Below, piece by piece: positions 39,383 through 53,021 of a stretch of DNA of 64,000 nucleotides. Both the position numbers and the translations under genes were made by a program. The stretch lies in the NCBI RefSeq assembly GCF_963921235.1, contig NC_086126.1, positions 18,042,001-18,106,000 of the forward strand. Reading direction: 5' to 3'. The stretch comes from Mobula hypostoma (lineage: Eukaryota). The notes under the pieces were generated by a model. It worked only from the letters and a program-made list of their open reading frames with translations. It was not told the origin of the DNA and made no database searches. Position 1 is the stretch's first letter, and each line of letters opens with the position of its first letter.

Positions 39383-40468
39383 GAGACTGACAGGTACAGA
39401 ATGAACCCCACACTCTCACACTGTACCAGAGACTGACAGGTACAGAATGAACCCCACGCTCCCACACTGTACCAGAGACTGACGGGTACAGAATGAACCC
39501 CACACTCTGACACTGTACCAGAGACTGACGGGTACAGAATGAACCCCGCACTCTCACACTGTACCAGAGACTGACAGGTACAGAATGAACCCCACACTCT
39601 GTACCAGAGACTGACAGGTACAGAATGAACCCCACACTCTGTACCAGAGACTGACAGGTACAGAATGAACCCCACGCTCCCACACTGTACCAGAGACTGA
39701 CAGGTACAGAATGAACCCCACACTCTGACACTGTACCAGAGACTGACAGGTACAGAATGAACCCCACACGCTCACACTGTACCAGAGACTGACAGGTACA
39801 GAATGAACCCCACACTCTGTACCAGAGACTGACAGGTACAGAATGAACCCCACGCTCCCACACTGTACCAGAGACTGACAGGTACAGAATGAACCCCACG
39901 CTCCCACACTGTACCAGAGACTGACAGGTACAGAATGAACCCCACACTCTGTACCAGAGACTGACAGGTACAGAATGAACCCCACGCTCCCACACTGTAC
40001 CAGAGACTGACAGGTACAGAATGAACCCCACACTCTGTACCAGAGACTGACAGGTACAGAATGAACCCCACACTCTGACACTGTACCAGAGACTGACAGG
40101 TACAGAATGAACCCCACACTCTGTACCAGAGACTGACAGGTACAGAATGAACCCCACGCTCCCACACTGTACCAGAGACTGACAGGTACAGAATGAATCC
40201 CACACTCTCACACTGTACCAGAGACTGACAGGTACAGAATGAACCCCACACTCTCACACTGTACCAGAGACTGACGGGTACAGAATGAACCCCACACACT
40301 CACACTGTACCAGAGACTGACAGGTACAGAATGAACCCCACACTCTCACACTGTACCAGAGACTGACAGGTACAGAATGAACCCCACACTCTCACACTGT
40401 ACCAGAGACTGACAGGTACAGAATGAACCCCACACTCTGACACTGTACCAGAGACTGACGGGTACAGA
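39383..40468. repeat. Minisatellite of about 24 units (46-bp and 40-bp variants)
   Basis: Unit CTGTACCAGAGACTGACAGGTACAGAATGAACCCCACRCT with an optional CTCACA, CCCACA or CTGACA extension. I counted 18 long and 6 short units. Confidence 0.97.
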
Positions 40469-41157
40469 CATTCTGTTGTTTAACAAACCTGGACAACCCT
40501 CATCACCATCTCAGTACAGCACCACCTTGACCATTGTACACTGCAATGGATTCTTGTTCAAATTCTGTTACCTGTTTGTAATTCTGTAGAGTATGTTTTT
40601 ATTTTGTGAATGCTGTGTCTCGGACACTGTGTCTCTATGAATCTGCTGCAAGCAAGTTGCATATGACAATAAACGACTTTCAACCTCACACAGAAATGGG
40701 TTTCTCATGACAACTGGACCTTCGATCTCCTGCTGCCCTGTTTCGTTATATAAACGTTTTATATTATCGTGTGAGTGTTTTTCTCATTACTTCTGATTTT
40801 TTTTTAGCAGATACGATGAGCCAAATGGCCAAATACCGCGGCTGTAGTTTATTGTCCATTTTGTATTTTAGATTTCCTTCCTGCGGAATTAACCGGCAGT
40901 GGCAACTTACCGGATCAGCGCCAGTTCCTAGTCCACAGTTTTACCCAAACGAACAGTCAAGAGAGAGTTCTGATTGGTTGTGCGTGTCCCTTCAGACAGC
41001 TAGTCAAATGACTTCACTGTATGAATGGTTTCTTCAAAGAGCCATTGGGAATCCAAGGCACTCCCATCCCTTATTAGCATACTGTTCTGGGAGCTGCCTA
41101 TTTAATTCGTGCTACAAGCCAGTTCTGCTTATTCAGGGTCTGAAACCGACGGAAGAA

Positions 41158-41437
<280 letters not shown>

Positions 41438-42225
41438 AGCTCCCCAGTGAGATGATCGAAAACACAACGGCTCTTTTAAGAGCCACTCACGATTTCACTG
41501 AGAGAGTTCTACTAAAATTTAGACATTAAATTGCACACATTTTATGTCTGGTGTCTTTTACAAGAGCTAAAGTACGGTTGGAGTATCCGGTTACTCTACT
41601 CCGTATAATCCCTGTGCGTTACATTCCTCCCACTGCACTGACACGGAATTGTTACCGCCCTATCCCTATCAGTCCGTCCCTGCCGGTATCCATGTCGAGC
41701 GGAGGATTGCTGCCGTTGCTGTTTTTGCTGTGTGTTTAGGAGTTTATTAGCTACAGTTGGGTAACTTCTCTGAATATTATTTCAATGCGAGGCCTAAACG
41801 AGTTCATGGTTGTTTCATAGAACAATTTTTTTAAATTGCAGACTAGACGCTGGTCACAGTTTGAGAAGAGCCGTTTGTCCATAACCTGATAATGGTTACA
41901 CATTGACAGGTACCGGACAGAAGCTGAGATTCAGTTTCACTCGGTTTCGTCACGGGTTGAAAGACATCACAGAATTGAGTTCCCAGACATTTCAATATCA
42001 ATTACACTTGCATTAAATGTGCCCGGTTTCAGTAACGGGGAAGTACGAACACTCGGTCGTCAAACAGATCAGTAATTATTTAATTTCCGATTAAATTTGA
42101 ACAATAGATTTATTCTTTGGCGGGCTTTTTCGAAATATCAGTTTCTTTGGGGAGGAGACGGTTACTTTCTGCGCTTATACCTTTACGGACTGCTGATTGG
42201 TGATTAAGGCGGTTCCTCGATTGGG

Positions 42226-42315
42226 ACATAGAAACATAGAAACATAGAAACATAGAAAATAGGTGCAGGAGTAGGCCATTCGGCCCTTCGAGCCTGCACC
42301 GCCATTTATTATGAT
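42226..42315 (-). mobile_element. Short CR1 3' end at the point where the duplicated H2A promoter stops
   Basis: (ACATAGAA)n tail and a 3' UTR almost identical to 11297-11377. Confidence 0.85.
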
Positions 42316-43300
42316 TTACTGGAGGTCATATTCTAAAAGTATTGGAAGGACTATTAAACTTGGAGATGTTTGAGGAATGAATAAGAATATAGGGGTGTGG
42401 GATTCATTGGGTTCCCAGTATTGATTAAAGAAGGTAATACAATTGTTACTGAAATGGAGAGCGTTTAGTTACTGGCTCGGTCATTTTCTGCAATACATAA
42501 TCAATATAATGAAGACACTAAACAATGCAGGGATAAGGTTTTAAGAGAATACCCTGATGTGTTGGAAACCAGCTGTAGCAGTGATAGCGAAGTAGAATTT
42601 TCCTTGTGTGAATTTAAGGAAGTTATTAATAGAACAGGTCAGGCAGCTCCGGGAAAGGATGATACTGTCATGATCCCTTCTGGCAATCCCCCACCTTGCT
42701 AGTTACCTCAGCAATTGGGCCTCAATCCCCTCATTGAATTTCCAATCATTCCCAGGTTCCACTAACTGCACACACCTGTTTTACATCAGGAAATGCAAGA
42801 TAAAGACCCTGTGATCACAACAAGGAGCTGCCAGTTCATTGGTCAACTCTCATGTGAGTAAATCTGATTCCTGAGGACTGTCAGTTCCAAGTTCTGCATT
42901 GCTTCCTGGATATTCTACGCGAGCCTTGTCTCTGTGTGAAGACTCTCCTGGATACCGGTTCTCCGTTCACGGCTGTGCTAACGCCTCATGATTCTGCCTC
43001 AGCGCCTGTGTCCTGCACTTGGGTTCATCCCCAGCCACGTCTGTGCAACAGATAGATGTTATTGCATGCTTAAACATATGGCCAACAGCTCTCTTGAGAT
43101 AATATTACATTTCTGAATCATCATTGGAATTCAGGCCATCTTCTCTCCTCATGGAAAATGGCAATTGTAGTGTCTATTCTAAAACCTGAGAAACCCCTGT
43201 TGGATCCTTCTAGTTATAGACCAGTATCACTGATGTCCCATTTGTGTAAACTTGTGGAATGTATGGTAATAGAGTGGTTGAATTATATTTTGGAAAAGGG
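42316..43300 (+). mobile_element. Nimb/I-group-like LINE RT fragment
   Basis: QAAPGKDD|CYCMLKHM and WKMAIVVSILKPEKPLLDPSSYRPVSLMSHLCKLVE. The clade call is tentative. Confidence 0.6.
42666..43050 (+). mobile_element. Solo LTR (Gypsy-like), 385 bp
   Basis: TGTCA...CAACA termini and a GATAC/GATAG 5-bp target duplication. It interrupts the LINE reading frame. Confidence 0.65.
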
Positions 43301-43344
43301 AGGTGACGTGCTGTTGTTAACATACTGGATTAATTTGAGGGGCA

Positions 43345-45157
43345 AGTGCTGGTTCCATGCCACGTTTCAAAATCATTCAGTGTTTTTATGCAGAAAACTC
43401 CGCAGCTACTTTAACACAGCAAGCTTCCACAAACAATATACTCAATGGAGATGTCAATCCATAGCTTCGTATACTGTCGTAATGAGGCCACACTCAGGTA
43501 GGAGGAACAACACCTTGTATTCTGTCTGGGCAGCCTCCAATCTGATGGCATGAACATCGATTTCTTGATCTTCCGGTCCCCTCCCTCACCATTCCCCATC
43601 CCCTTTTCCCTCTTGTTGCTTGCCCATCGCCTCCCTCCGGTGTTCCTCCCCCCTTATCTTTCATCCATGGCCTTCTGTTCTCTCCTACTAGACTCCCCCT
43701 TCTCCAGCCCTGTACCTCTTTCACCAATCAACTTCCCAGCTCTTTACTTCATCCCTCTCCCTCCCAGTTCCACCTGTCACTTTGTGTTTCTCTCTCCCCT
43801 CCCCACCTTTAAAATTTACTCCTCATTGTTTTTTCTCCAGTCCTGCTGAAGAATCTCGGCCCAAAATGTCAGCTGTACTTTTATCCACAGATGCTGCCTG
43901 GCCTGCAGAGTTTCTCCAGCGTGTTGTGTGTGTTCCTTGGATTTCCAGCATCTGCAGATTTTCTCCTGTTTATTACCCAATGTCAACAGGCATTTTGTGT
44001 GACAACTGTCAAAGTTCCACTCACTTCGAAATGCAGATATGAAACTCGAGGTTCAGCAGATGCTGGGAATAAACTGTAAAGTAACACACACAAAGTACTA
44101 CAGGAACACAGCAGGTCAGGCAGCAGTTAATCAGAGGAATAAACAGTCGAGATAGGATGAAGTGTCTTGGCCCATAATATCAACTATTTATTCCTCTCCA
44201 TAGATGCTGCTGGGGCCACTGACTCCCTCCAGCATTTTGCAAACATAAACCTCTTTTTTCAGTCAATCAGTTTCCAAATGTTGCTGAATTTTCTGATTTC
44301 TGCAGGGATTGCTCCCTACACAACTATCTTGTCCATTCATCCCTCCGCCCCTCCCCCCATCTCCCTCCTGGCACTTATTCTTGCAGGCAGAATAAGTGCT
44401 ACACGTGCCGCTACCCCTCACGACTTTTCAGGGCCCTCAACAGTCCTTCCAGGTGAGGCAGCACAACCTGTAAGTCTGTTGGGGTGATGTACTGTGTTCA
44501 ATGCTCCTGTTGTGGCCTCCTACATATCGATGAGACCCCATGTAGATTGGGAGACCACTACACCATGGATTAGCACTCCATCCGCCAGAGCAGTGGCCAC
44601 CTATTTTAATTCCACTTTCCATTCCCGTTCTGATATGTCCAGTGATGTCCTCCTCCAGTATCGTGATGAGGCAACACTTCCGTTGGAGAAACAACTCGTT
44701 ATATTCTGTTTGGGTAGCCTCCAACCTAATGGTATGAACATTTATTTCTCAAGTTTATGGTAATGCCATCAACACCCCTCCTCTTCACCATTTCCCAGCC
44801 CCTTTTCCCTCTCTCACCTTATCCCCTTCCCTGCCTATTGTTTCCCACTGGTGCTCCTTCCCCTTTTTCACCTTCCATGGCCTTCAGTCAATTTCACCAA
44901 TCAACTTCCCAGCTCTTTACTTCACCCATCCCCCTCCAGGATTCACCCATCACCTGGTGTTTCTCTCTGTCTTCCCCCACCTTATAAATCTACTCCTCAG
45001 CTTTTTTTCTCCAGACCTGCCGAAGGGTTTCAGCCCGAAATGTCAACTTTACTCTTTTTTCCCCCACAGATGCTGCCTGGCCTGTTGAGTTCTTCCAGCA
45101 TTCTATATGTGTTCCTCGGATTTCCAGCATCTGCAGATTTTCTCTTGTTTGTGATTT
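43345..45157 (+). mobile_element. Tandem Penelope-like remnants (GIY-YIG endonuclease, pseudo-LTRs, decayed hammerheads at about 43838, 44157 and 45012)
   Basis: 44431-44560 translates as GPQQSFQVRQH/TCKSVGVMYCVQCSCCGLLHIDETPCRLGD (degenerate GIY-YIG). The ORF ends LEKQLVIFCLGSLQPNGMNIYFS. Two of the remnants are followed by a C/T tract and a CTGxxGAAG..GCCCxAAATGTC repeat. Confidence 0.8.
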
Positions 45158-46012
45158 AAACATTACTGGTGTGTCAGTTTCACTTACCCTGGCAGCATTT
45201 TTCAAACACCCACCAGTCTCCATGGAAAATAGAAACTTACCTCCTAAATCTATTTTAAACATTCGCTCTCTCCTTTTAAAATAAAGCTCTGCTCTTGAGT
45301 ATCTGACATTTGCTGCCTGTGTAAATTTCTCTGTCTACCTTAGTTATTATATAAGTCTCTGCTCAGCCTTTGAAACTCGGCAGTAAAAGATGTATGTTTG
45401 TTCAATCTAATGTTATAACTGAAACTGTCCTTCCTGTGATGTGACAACCAGATCTGATCACAAGACGCCAAAAGGGATCTGACCAAAGTTGTATGCAGCT
45501 GCAACATGGCTACCAACTTTTATCCTTAACAGCTGAGCCCCTTCACCATGATGTCCAGTTTTGTCATTTTCAGGAGGAATCTTTTTCTGCAACCCAACAT
45601 CCCCCTGTACCTCAGTGCTTCAAAGGCTCCTGTCATTTCTGCATCCTTTGACTTTGCAATGAGAATCAGAGTTAATACAATGTGGAAAACAGGTCCTTTG
45701 GCCGTCCTTCTCCCTGCTGAGCTAATCCAATCTGGCTCTGCTGAGCCCATAGACCTCGAAACCTTTGCTATCCATGTACTTACTGAGGTGGTTTTAGAAT
45801 GTTTCTAATGTGTCTGCCTCTACCACTGGCAGCTCACTCCAAATACACACCACTCTCTGCCCGTTATGTCCTTTTTAAATCTCTTGCCTCTGATCTGAAA
45901 CACCAGCCCTCTTGGTTTTACCAACCCTTTCCTGGTCCCATTGATCTTACATCCCTCTATCAGTTTCACCCCTTAATCTGTATGCTCTAGGGTATAAAAC
46001 ACTCATCTATAC

Positions 46013-47218
46013 TAGGGGTCCCCAACCTTTTTTGCACTGCGGACCGGTTTAATATTGACAACATTCCTGCGGACCGGCCGACCGGGAGGAGCAGGGTAGG
46101 GTTGCCAATGAATAGCAGTCAAGAGTAGCAGTCAAATGCGTTGTTTACCCAAAAGACTACAATGACCATGAAGCCTTGCGCGGGCACCAATGTGCACGTG
46201 CGTCGTGACCTGCCGATTCCTCCCCCCCGACCCCCCAAGCAAATCCTTTTTGACGACTCTGTTCGTGGGGGTGGGTGTTAATCACTACCAGAATATAGGT
46301 GATAAGTGGGTAATATACTCAATTTTGTTTCTAAAAAGGTTTATCTAACGAATTTAATATTAAACACAGAGCACATATTTTCCTCGCATGGATATAGTGA
46401 TAAGTCAATTATCAGGGGAGCTCGAAGTAAGTGTTGAACGAACTTCCAGTAGAAGTGGCAGAAGCAGGTTCGATATGATCATTTAAAGACAAATTGGATA
46501 GGTATATGGACAGGAAAGGAATGGAGGGTTATGGGCTGAGTGCGGGTCGGTGGGACTAGGTGAGAGTAGCGTTCGGCACGGACAAGAAGGGGAGAGATGG
46601 CCTGTTTCCATACTGTGATTGTTATATGGTTAATAGGTCACTTATAAGTCAATAGCATCATAACATTTTAAATAATATTTGGATATTAAATGCACAGCAC
46701 ATATTTTCCCCGTATGAACATATAAAATCATTGCAACACACCAATATCGCTAAATCAGTGGGAGCCCTGGGCTTGTTTCCCTGCAACAACACTGTCCTAT
46801 CGAGGGGTGATGGGAGACAGCGATACTCGAAGGGGGTTCCTGATGTCCAGTCTATTTCGCAGTTTAGTTTTTGTTGCATTCATTGCAGAAAACTCCGCTT
46901 CGCAGAAAAATGTTGGAAATGGAAGCAACGTTTTCAGTGCTTTCGTGGCTATCTCAGGATATTTAGCCTTGACTTTGATCCAAAATGCCGACAGAGATAT
47001 TATGTCAAACATACTTTTCAGCCTGTCGTCATTTGCAAGCTCGAGGAGTTGATCGCCTTCCCGCCCTGACACAATGACACGCGGGTCATGACCTCGCATG
47101 CGTAATGGCTGATCAGTGGCAGTGACAGGGAATGAGGAAAGGTGCAACTGACCAAATCATATCGCTTCCTCGCAGCCCGGTAGCGCACGCTCTGCGGCCC
47201 GGTGGTTGGGGACCACTG
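46013..47218 (-). mobile_element. Internally deleted hAT transposon (Charlie/Buster group)
   Basis: TIRs TAGGGGTCCCCAACC and GGTTGGGGACCACTG, with an 8-bp TSD ATCTATAC/GTCTATAT. ORF 46797-47147 is a hAT C-terminal dimerisation domain (FWIKVKAKYPEIA.KAL..LLPFPT..CEAEFS..KTKLRNRL). Confidence 0.9.
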
Positions 47219-47300
47219 GTCTATATCACCTCTCCTTATAACTCAGACCCCCAAATCCAACCAACAACATGGCAGTTTTTCCTTTTCTGTGCTCTTTCTA

Positions 47301-47485
47301 CAAACCCCATTTCCAGAAAAGTTGGGATATTTTTCCAAAAAACAAAAATCTGTGATATGTTAATTCACGTGAACCTTTATTTAACTGACGAAAGTACAAA
47401 GAAAAGATTTTCAATAGTTTTACTGACCAACTTAAATGTATTTTGTAAATATACACAAATCCAACTTTTCTGGAAATGGGGTTTG
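47301..47485. mobile_element. Tc1-derived MITE, 185 bp
   Basis: Perfect 25-bp TIRs CAAACCCCATTTCCAGAAAAGTTGG flanked by TA. Confidence 0.88.
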
Positions 47486-47499
47486 TAGTTTAAAAACAA

Positions 47500-50400
47500 A
47501 TTTTTGCTACAAATGGCTGATCAAAACTATACACAGTATCCCAAGTCAGTCCTCATGAAAAAACTTCATATCTACAACACATCTTCTCAACTCTTCTACT
47601 CTGTGCCATGAATGATGAAGGCCAGCAGGTTAGACACCTTCACCACTGTATCTAGCTGAGATGTCACTTTCAGTGAATGATACATTCACATCGACATCGC
47701 TAATATGAATTATAAACAACAAAGGTCCCGGCACCCAGTGGCACACCACCAGACAGAGACCTCCAGCCTGAGGCACAACCCTCAACCATCAGCCTCTGCC
47801 TCCTGTCACTGAGGCAATTATGAAACTAACAGACTATCTCTCATGGATATCATCTTCCAGATCTAACCTTCCAGACCTGTGTCAAAGGCCTGGTTAATGT
47901 CCATACAGACAACATCCACAGCCCTAACCTCATCAATGCTCTTGTGAAATTCCTCAAAGAGCTGCAAGAAATTTGTCAGACATGATTTCCCTTGCACAAA
48001 GCTGTACTGACTGTCCTGAATCAGACCAAATGTTGGTAGATCCAGTCCCTCAGAAACCCCTCCAGCAATTTACTCAACAACTGGCCTGTAGTTTCTTGGC
48101 TAGTTTTCACAACACTTTTTAAACAATGGCACCACATTAAACTGTGATTCCTTAAGTCATAGGAGCAGGATTAGGCCATTTGGCCCATCCTGTCTGTTCT
48201 GCCGTTCCATCATGCCGGAATTATTATTCCCCATTCTCCTGCCTTGTCCCTGTAAACTCTGATGCCCTTAATAATTAAAACCTTCTAACCGCTGCTTTAA
48301 ATATACCTAATGACTGCCTTTATGCCCATCTGTGGCAATGAATTCCATTGATTCATCACCTTCTGACAAATGAAATTCCTCCTCATCTCTGTTCTAGAGA
48401 GAAATCTCTATTCTGAAGGTGTGCTTCTTATTATTGGAAACATCCTCTCACATCAACCCTATCTAGGGCTTTCAGTATTCGATAGTTTTCAATACTATCC
48501 TCTGTCATTCCTCTAGACTGCAGACAGTACAGGCCAAGAGCATCAAATGATCATTATGTTGTTGTCCCTCCAGTCCCGGGATCATTCTCGTGAGTCTCCC
48601 CTGCAGCCTCTGCAATGCCAGCAGCTTAGAATAGTGACCCAAATCTGCTCATAATCCTCAAAATAAGGTCTGACCAAACCCTTGTAAAGCCTCAGCATTA
48701 GATGTTTGTTTTTAGTTCTCTTGAAATGAATGAGAACATTACATTTGTCTTCCTTGTTACCAGCTCAACATGCACATTGACCTTTAGGGGACCATAAAGT
48801 TCCTTTGCACATCTGATTTCTCAATTCACTCCCTGATTACAAAGAGCTTACACCTTCATTTCTCCTACCAGAGTACATGACTACACACATCCTTACACTG
48901 TATTTCATCTGGCACTTCCTTGTCCATTCTCTAAATCTGTCCAAGTGCTACTGCAGACTCCCAGCTTCCTCAACATTGCCCGCCTTTACATCTCTCTTTG
49001 TGTCATCCACAGAGTTGGCCTTAAAACTATCAATTCTGGATTAGTCACTGTCCAGCTATGGAAGTGAAGCAACAATCTCTCCTGTGGCCTCCACAGTGTA
49101 TTCTCCAGCTTCCCACAAAGTATGAGAATGTACCTGATAAGGCCCTGGAGATTTAACAACCTTAATGCATCTTAAAGTCTCCGATATAGATCCCTGCCCA
49201 TTTGAATGTGGTTTAATACATCGCAGCTCATTTCTGTCACCTCTCAATGGTGAAATAACTTGGAAATATTCATGGAAAGCCTCTTCTATTTCCTTTGGTT
49301 CCACATACCGAGGCCATGTTCATCTCCCATGGCAATTATTCTCTGCCTAACTTCCCTTTTCCTATGAATATACCGAGAGAATCTCTTGGGATTTTGCTCA
49401 CTTTGCCTTCCAAATCCTGATATCCTCATTTTACCCTCCTAACTTTTATAAGAAATCCTACATCTAAGAGTCTTCTTGAATAATTTCCCAAGCATTGGTC
49501 CAAATCTCACCAGTCTATAATTTCCTGGTTTGTCTCTATTGCCTGAGGAACAACATGCCCTGGAATATCAGCATCACTCCCTTCTCTGATCTCACTATCC
49601 TCCATGACCACATTGATGAATACTGATGTGAAGTACTGGTTTAGTCCCTTGCCCACTTCCTCCGGATCCAGACATAAACTCTAGATATAACAACCATAGA
49701 TATAATTATTTGGATAGACAGGGACTGATTGGGAATAGTTAATATAGCTTTGTATATGGTACGTCATGTCTAACTACTCTTGTAGAGTTTTTTTGAGGAA
49801 GTTACTAGGAAAGTTGATGAATGCAAGGCAGTGGATGTAGTCTACATGGACTTTAGCAAGGCCTTTGACAAGGTCTCGCATGGGTTGTCGGTCAAGGTGG
49901 TTCAGTCATTTGGCATTCAAGATGAGGTTGTAAATTGATTTAGATGTTAGGTTTGAGAGTGGCTGTAGATGATTGCCTCTCTGACTGCAGGCCTGTGACT
50001 GGTGGTGTGCCACAGGGATCAGTGCTTAGTTCATTGTTTATCATCCAGATCTTTGATATCGATGACAATGTGGTGAACTGGGACAACAATTTTGCGTATG
50101 ACACCAGGATTGGGGGTATAATGAACAGTGAGGAAGACACTCAAAGCTTGCACTGTGATCTGGAGCAGCTGGAATTTAATGCTGACAAGGATGAGGTGTT
50201 GCATTTTCGGAGGACAAACCAGGGTAGGTCTTACACAGTGAGCAGTCGGGCACTGAAAAGTGCATTAAAGCTGAGGGATCTGGGAATACAGATTCATAAT
50301 TCCTAGTAAGTGGCATCACAGATAGATAAAGTCAAAAAGAAAGTTTAGGCACATGGTACTTCGATTTACAAAGGGCAAAGCACAGGAGATGGATGTTATG

Positions 50401-50650
50401 TTGAAGTTGTCTAAGACATTGGTGAGGCCTAATTTGGAGTATTGTGTGCAGTTTTTGTCACCTACCCACAAAAAAAGATGTAAATAAGGTTAAAAGAGTA
50501 CAGAGAAAATTTACAAGGATGTTTCTGAGACTTAAGGACCCATGTTCTCTGGAAAGATCAAATAGGTTAGGATTTTATTCCTTGGAATGCAGAATATTGT
50601 TGGGAGATTAAATAGAGGGATACAAAATTTTGAAGGGTGTACTGTAGATG
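47500..50650. mobile_element. Decayed CR1 fragments (minus to about 49690, plus 49700-50650)
   Basis: VTGGVPQGSVL, YMDFSKAFDKV and LVRPNLEYCVQF remnants. Confidence 0.75.
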
Positions 50651-51002
50651 GGGTAATGATGTTTATAGGTCAGAGTTACAGTGAAATACTGTAGATGGGT
50701 AATGATGTTTACAGGTCAGAGTTACAGTGAAATGCTGGATTGTCCAGCTCTGGGCTGTCAGTATTGTGTTTTATTAAAACTGTATTAGAGAGCTGTGTGC
50801 TGTACTGGTCTGTGTCAGTGTTTTTACTGAAGAGTGTCTTTATTACACCAACTAACCTTGTCTACCATGGACTTTAAACATTGCTGGGAGGTGAGGGGAG
50901 TGTTTGGAACCACTATACCTGACTCTGAAGGATCTGACAAATGCAGCTTTGAACGTCCTGTTTGTTTACTCCCACAACCCCTGCAGGCAGTGAATTCCAG
51001 AT

Positions 51003-51094
51003 GAGAACCGCTCTCCTGACAGACAACGGTGGGAATTAAACCCAGGTCGCTGGTACTGTCACCATTGTGCTGACCACGATGCTCCTGTGCCACC
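51003..51094 (-). mobile_element. tRNA-derived SINE head (V-SINE/HE1-HER1-like)
   Basis: Minus strand GGTGGCACAGGAGCATCGTGGTCAGCAC...GACCTGGGTTTAATTCCCACC..GTCTGT shows degenerate pol III A and B boxes. Confidence 0.6.
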
Positions 51095-51159
51095 CCTTCC
51101 TCTTTAAACCCGTCCATTGACCCAGACCTCATGCCCACCAGGTAAAGAATTCCAAACGT

Positions 51160-52127
<968 letters not shown>

Positions 52128-52136
52128 ACTATCATG

Positions 52137-53021
52137 TGTTACGTAACTGGAAACAATGAATATTAATCGATACAGGTTTTATAAAAACAACCATTTATTA
52201 AACACGTATAAGCGATAAGGAAAAAAAATCAAAGGAAAACTTTAGCCAGAGGTTAAACAGGTACGCAGCCTTTCAATAACTCCACTTGGCTCTGGTTCTT
52301 AAAGCGTTAAATGCGAAAACAGTTCTTAAAGCGATACAGTCAGATATAGTTCTTAAAGCGATAACTTCAAAAGTCCAATAGTTTTACACATTCAATTGAG
52401 AGAGACTTCTCTGGAGTACGATTTCTTCACCGACGCACCTTTACCGCCAGTTCTGTCTACAGGATTCCCGATGCCGAAAATAAACAGTTTAAATCGACTG
52501 ACCTTAAATTCCTTTATAGAGAGAGCGCCTTTGTGCATGAACTCATTGCGTTATTGCAAGAGTTATCTCAATACAGGTTCTCTTCAACGAAGACTCAATA
52601 AGGTCGATCCTTTATAAACTGCCAACCGATGCCGACTTCTCTCAATCCTTCACTTCGATGAATTCTTCCCTCTCCTTTCAAAACTGTCGGAATTGAGTAT
52701 ATTGGCACTTCCAGCCACAAATTCCCGGTCCAAGTAATATGGAATCTTCCAACAGAACGTGCAACTGTTTTAAAAATGAAACTGCGTCACAAAAACAAAC
52801 GCAACAGAAACGGAGATACAACACGTTCCACCTGGAAACCTACAAACTCAAAATCCCTAGTGCATCACCTGAGTCGACCCTTATATATTCACGGGGGGGG
52901 GGGGGGCCCCAGCACATGTGATCACGTGACCTCACATCGGCAGGAAAATCACATCAGGTGACCTCCAAAAGACCATTACAGCATTCTCACAAAAAAACCA
53001 GATCTCCTTGAGCATGTAACA
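52137..53021 (-). mobile_element. Solo LTR, 885 bp
   Basis: TGTTAC...GTAACA termini and a perfect CATG target duplication (52133-52136 and 53022-53025). Minus-strand TATATAA at about 52881 and AATAAA at about 52194. GTTCTTAAAGCG occurs three times internally. Confidence 0.85.

Noticed and set aside
39195-40299. Long Cys/Val/Ser-rich ORFs (338, 203, 175 and 148 aa)
   Set aside because: These are translation artefacts of the tandem repeat cycling through all three frames, with no gene signals.
39383-40468. CRISPR-like array (palindromic repeat with variable linker)
   Set aside because: The linkers are 0-6 nt and recur, so there are no unique spacers. There are no cas genes and the context is eukaryotic.
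50640-50733. Two-copy tandem duplication of about 47 bp (also a 19-bp one at about 6308-6346)
   Set aside because: Ordinary local slippage duplications with no further structure.
51003-51094. tRNA gene
   Set aside because: It has only degenerate A and B boxes without a cloverleaf, so it is better explained as a SINE head.
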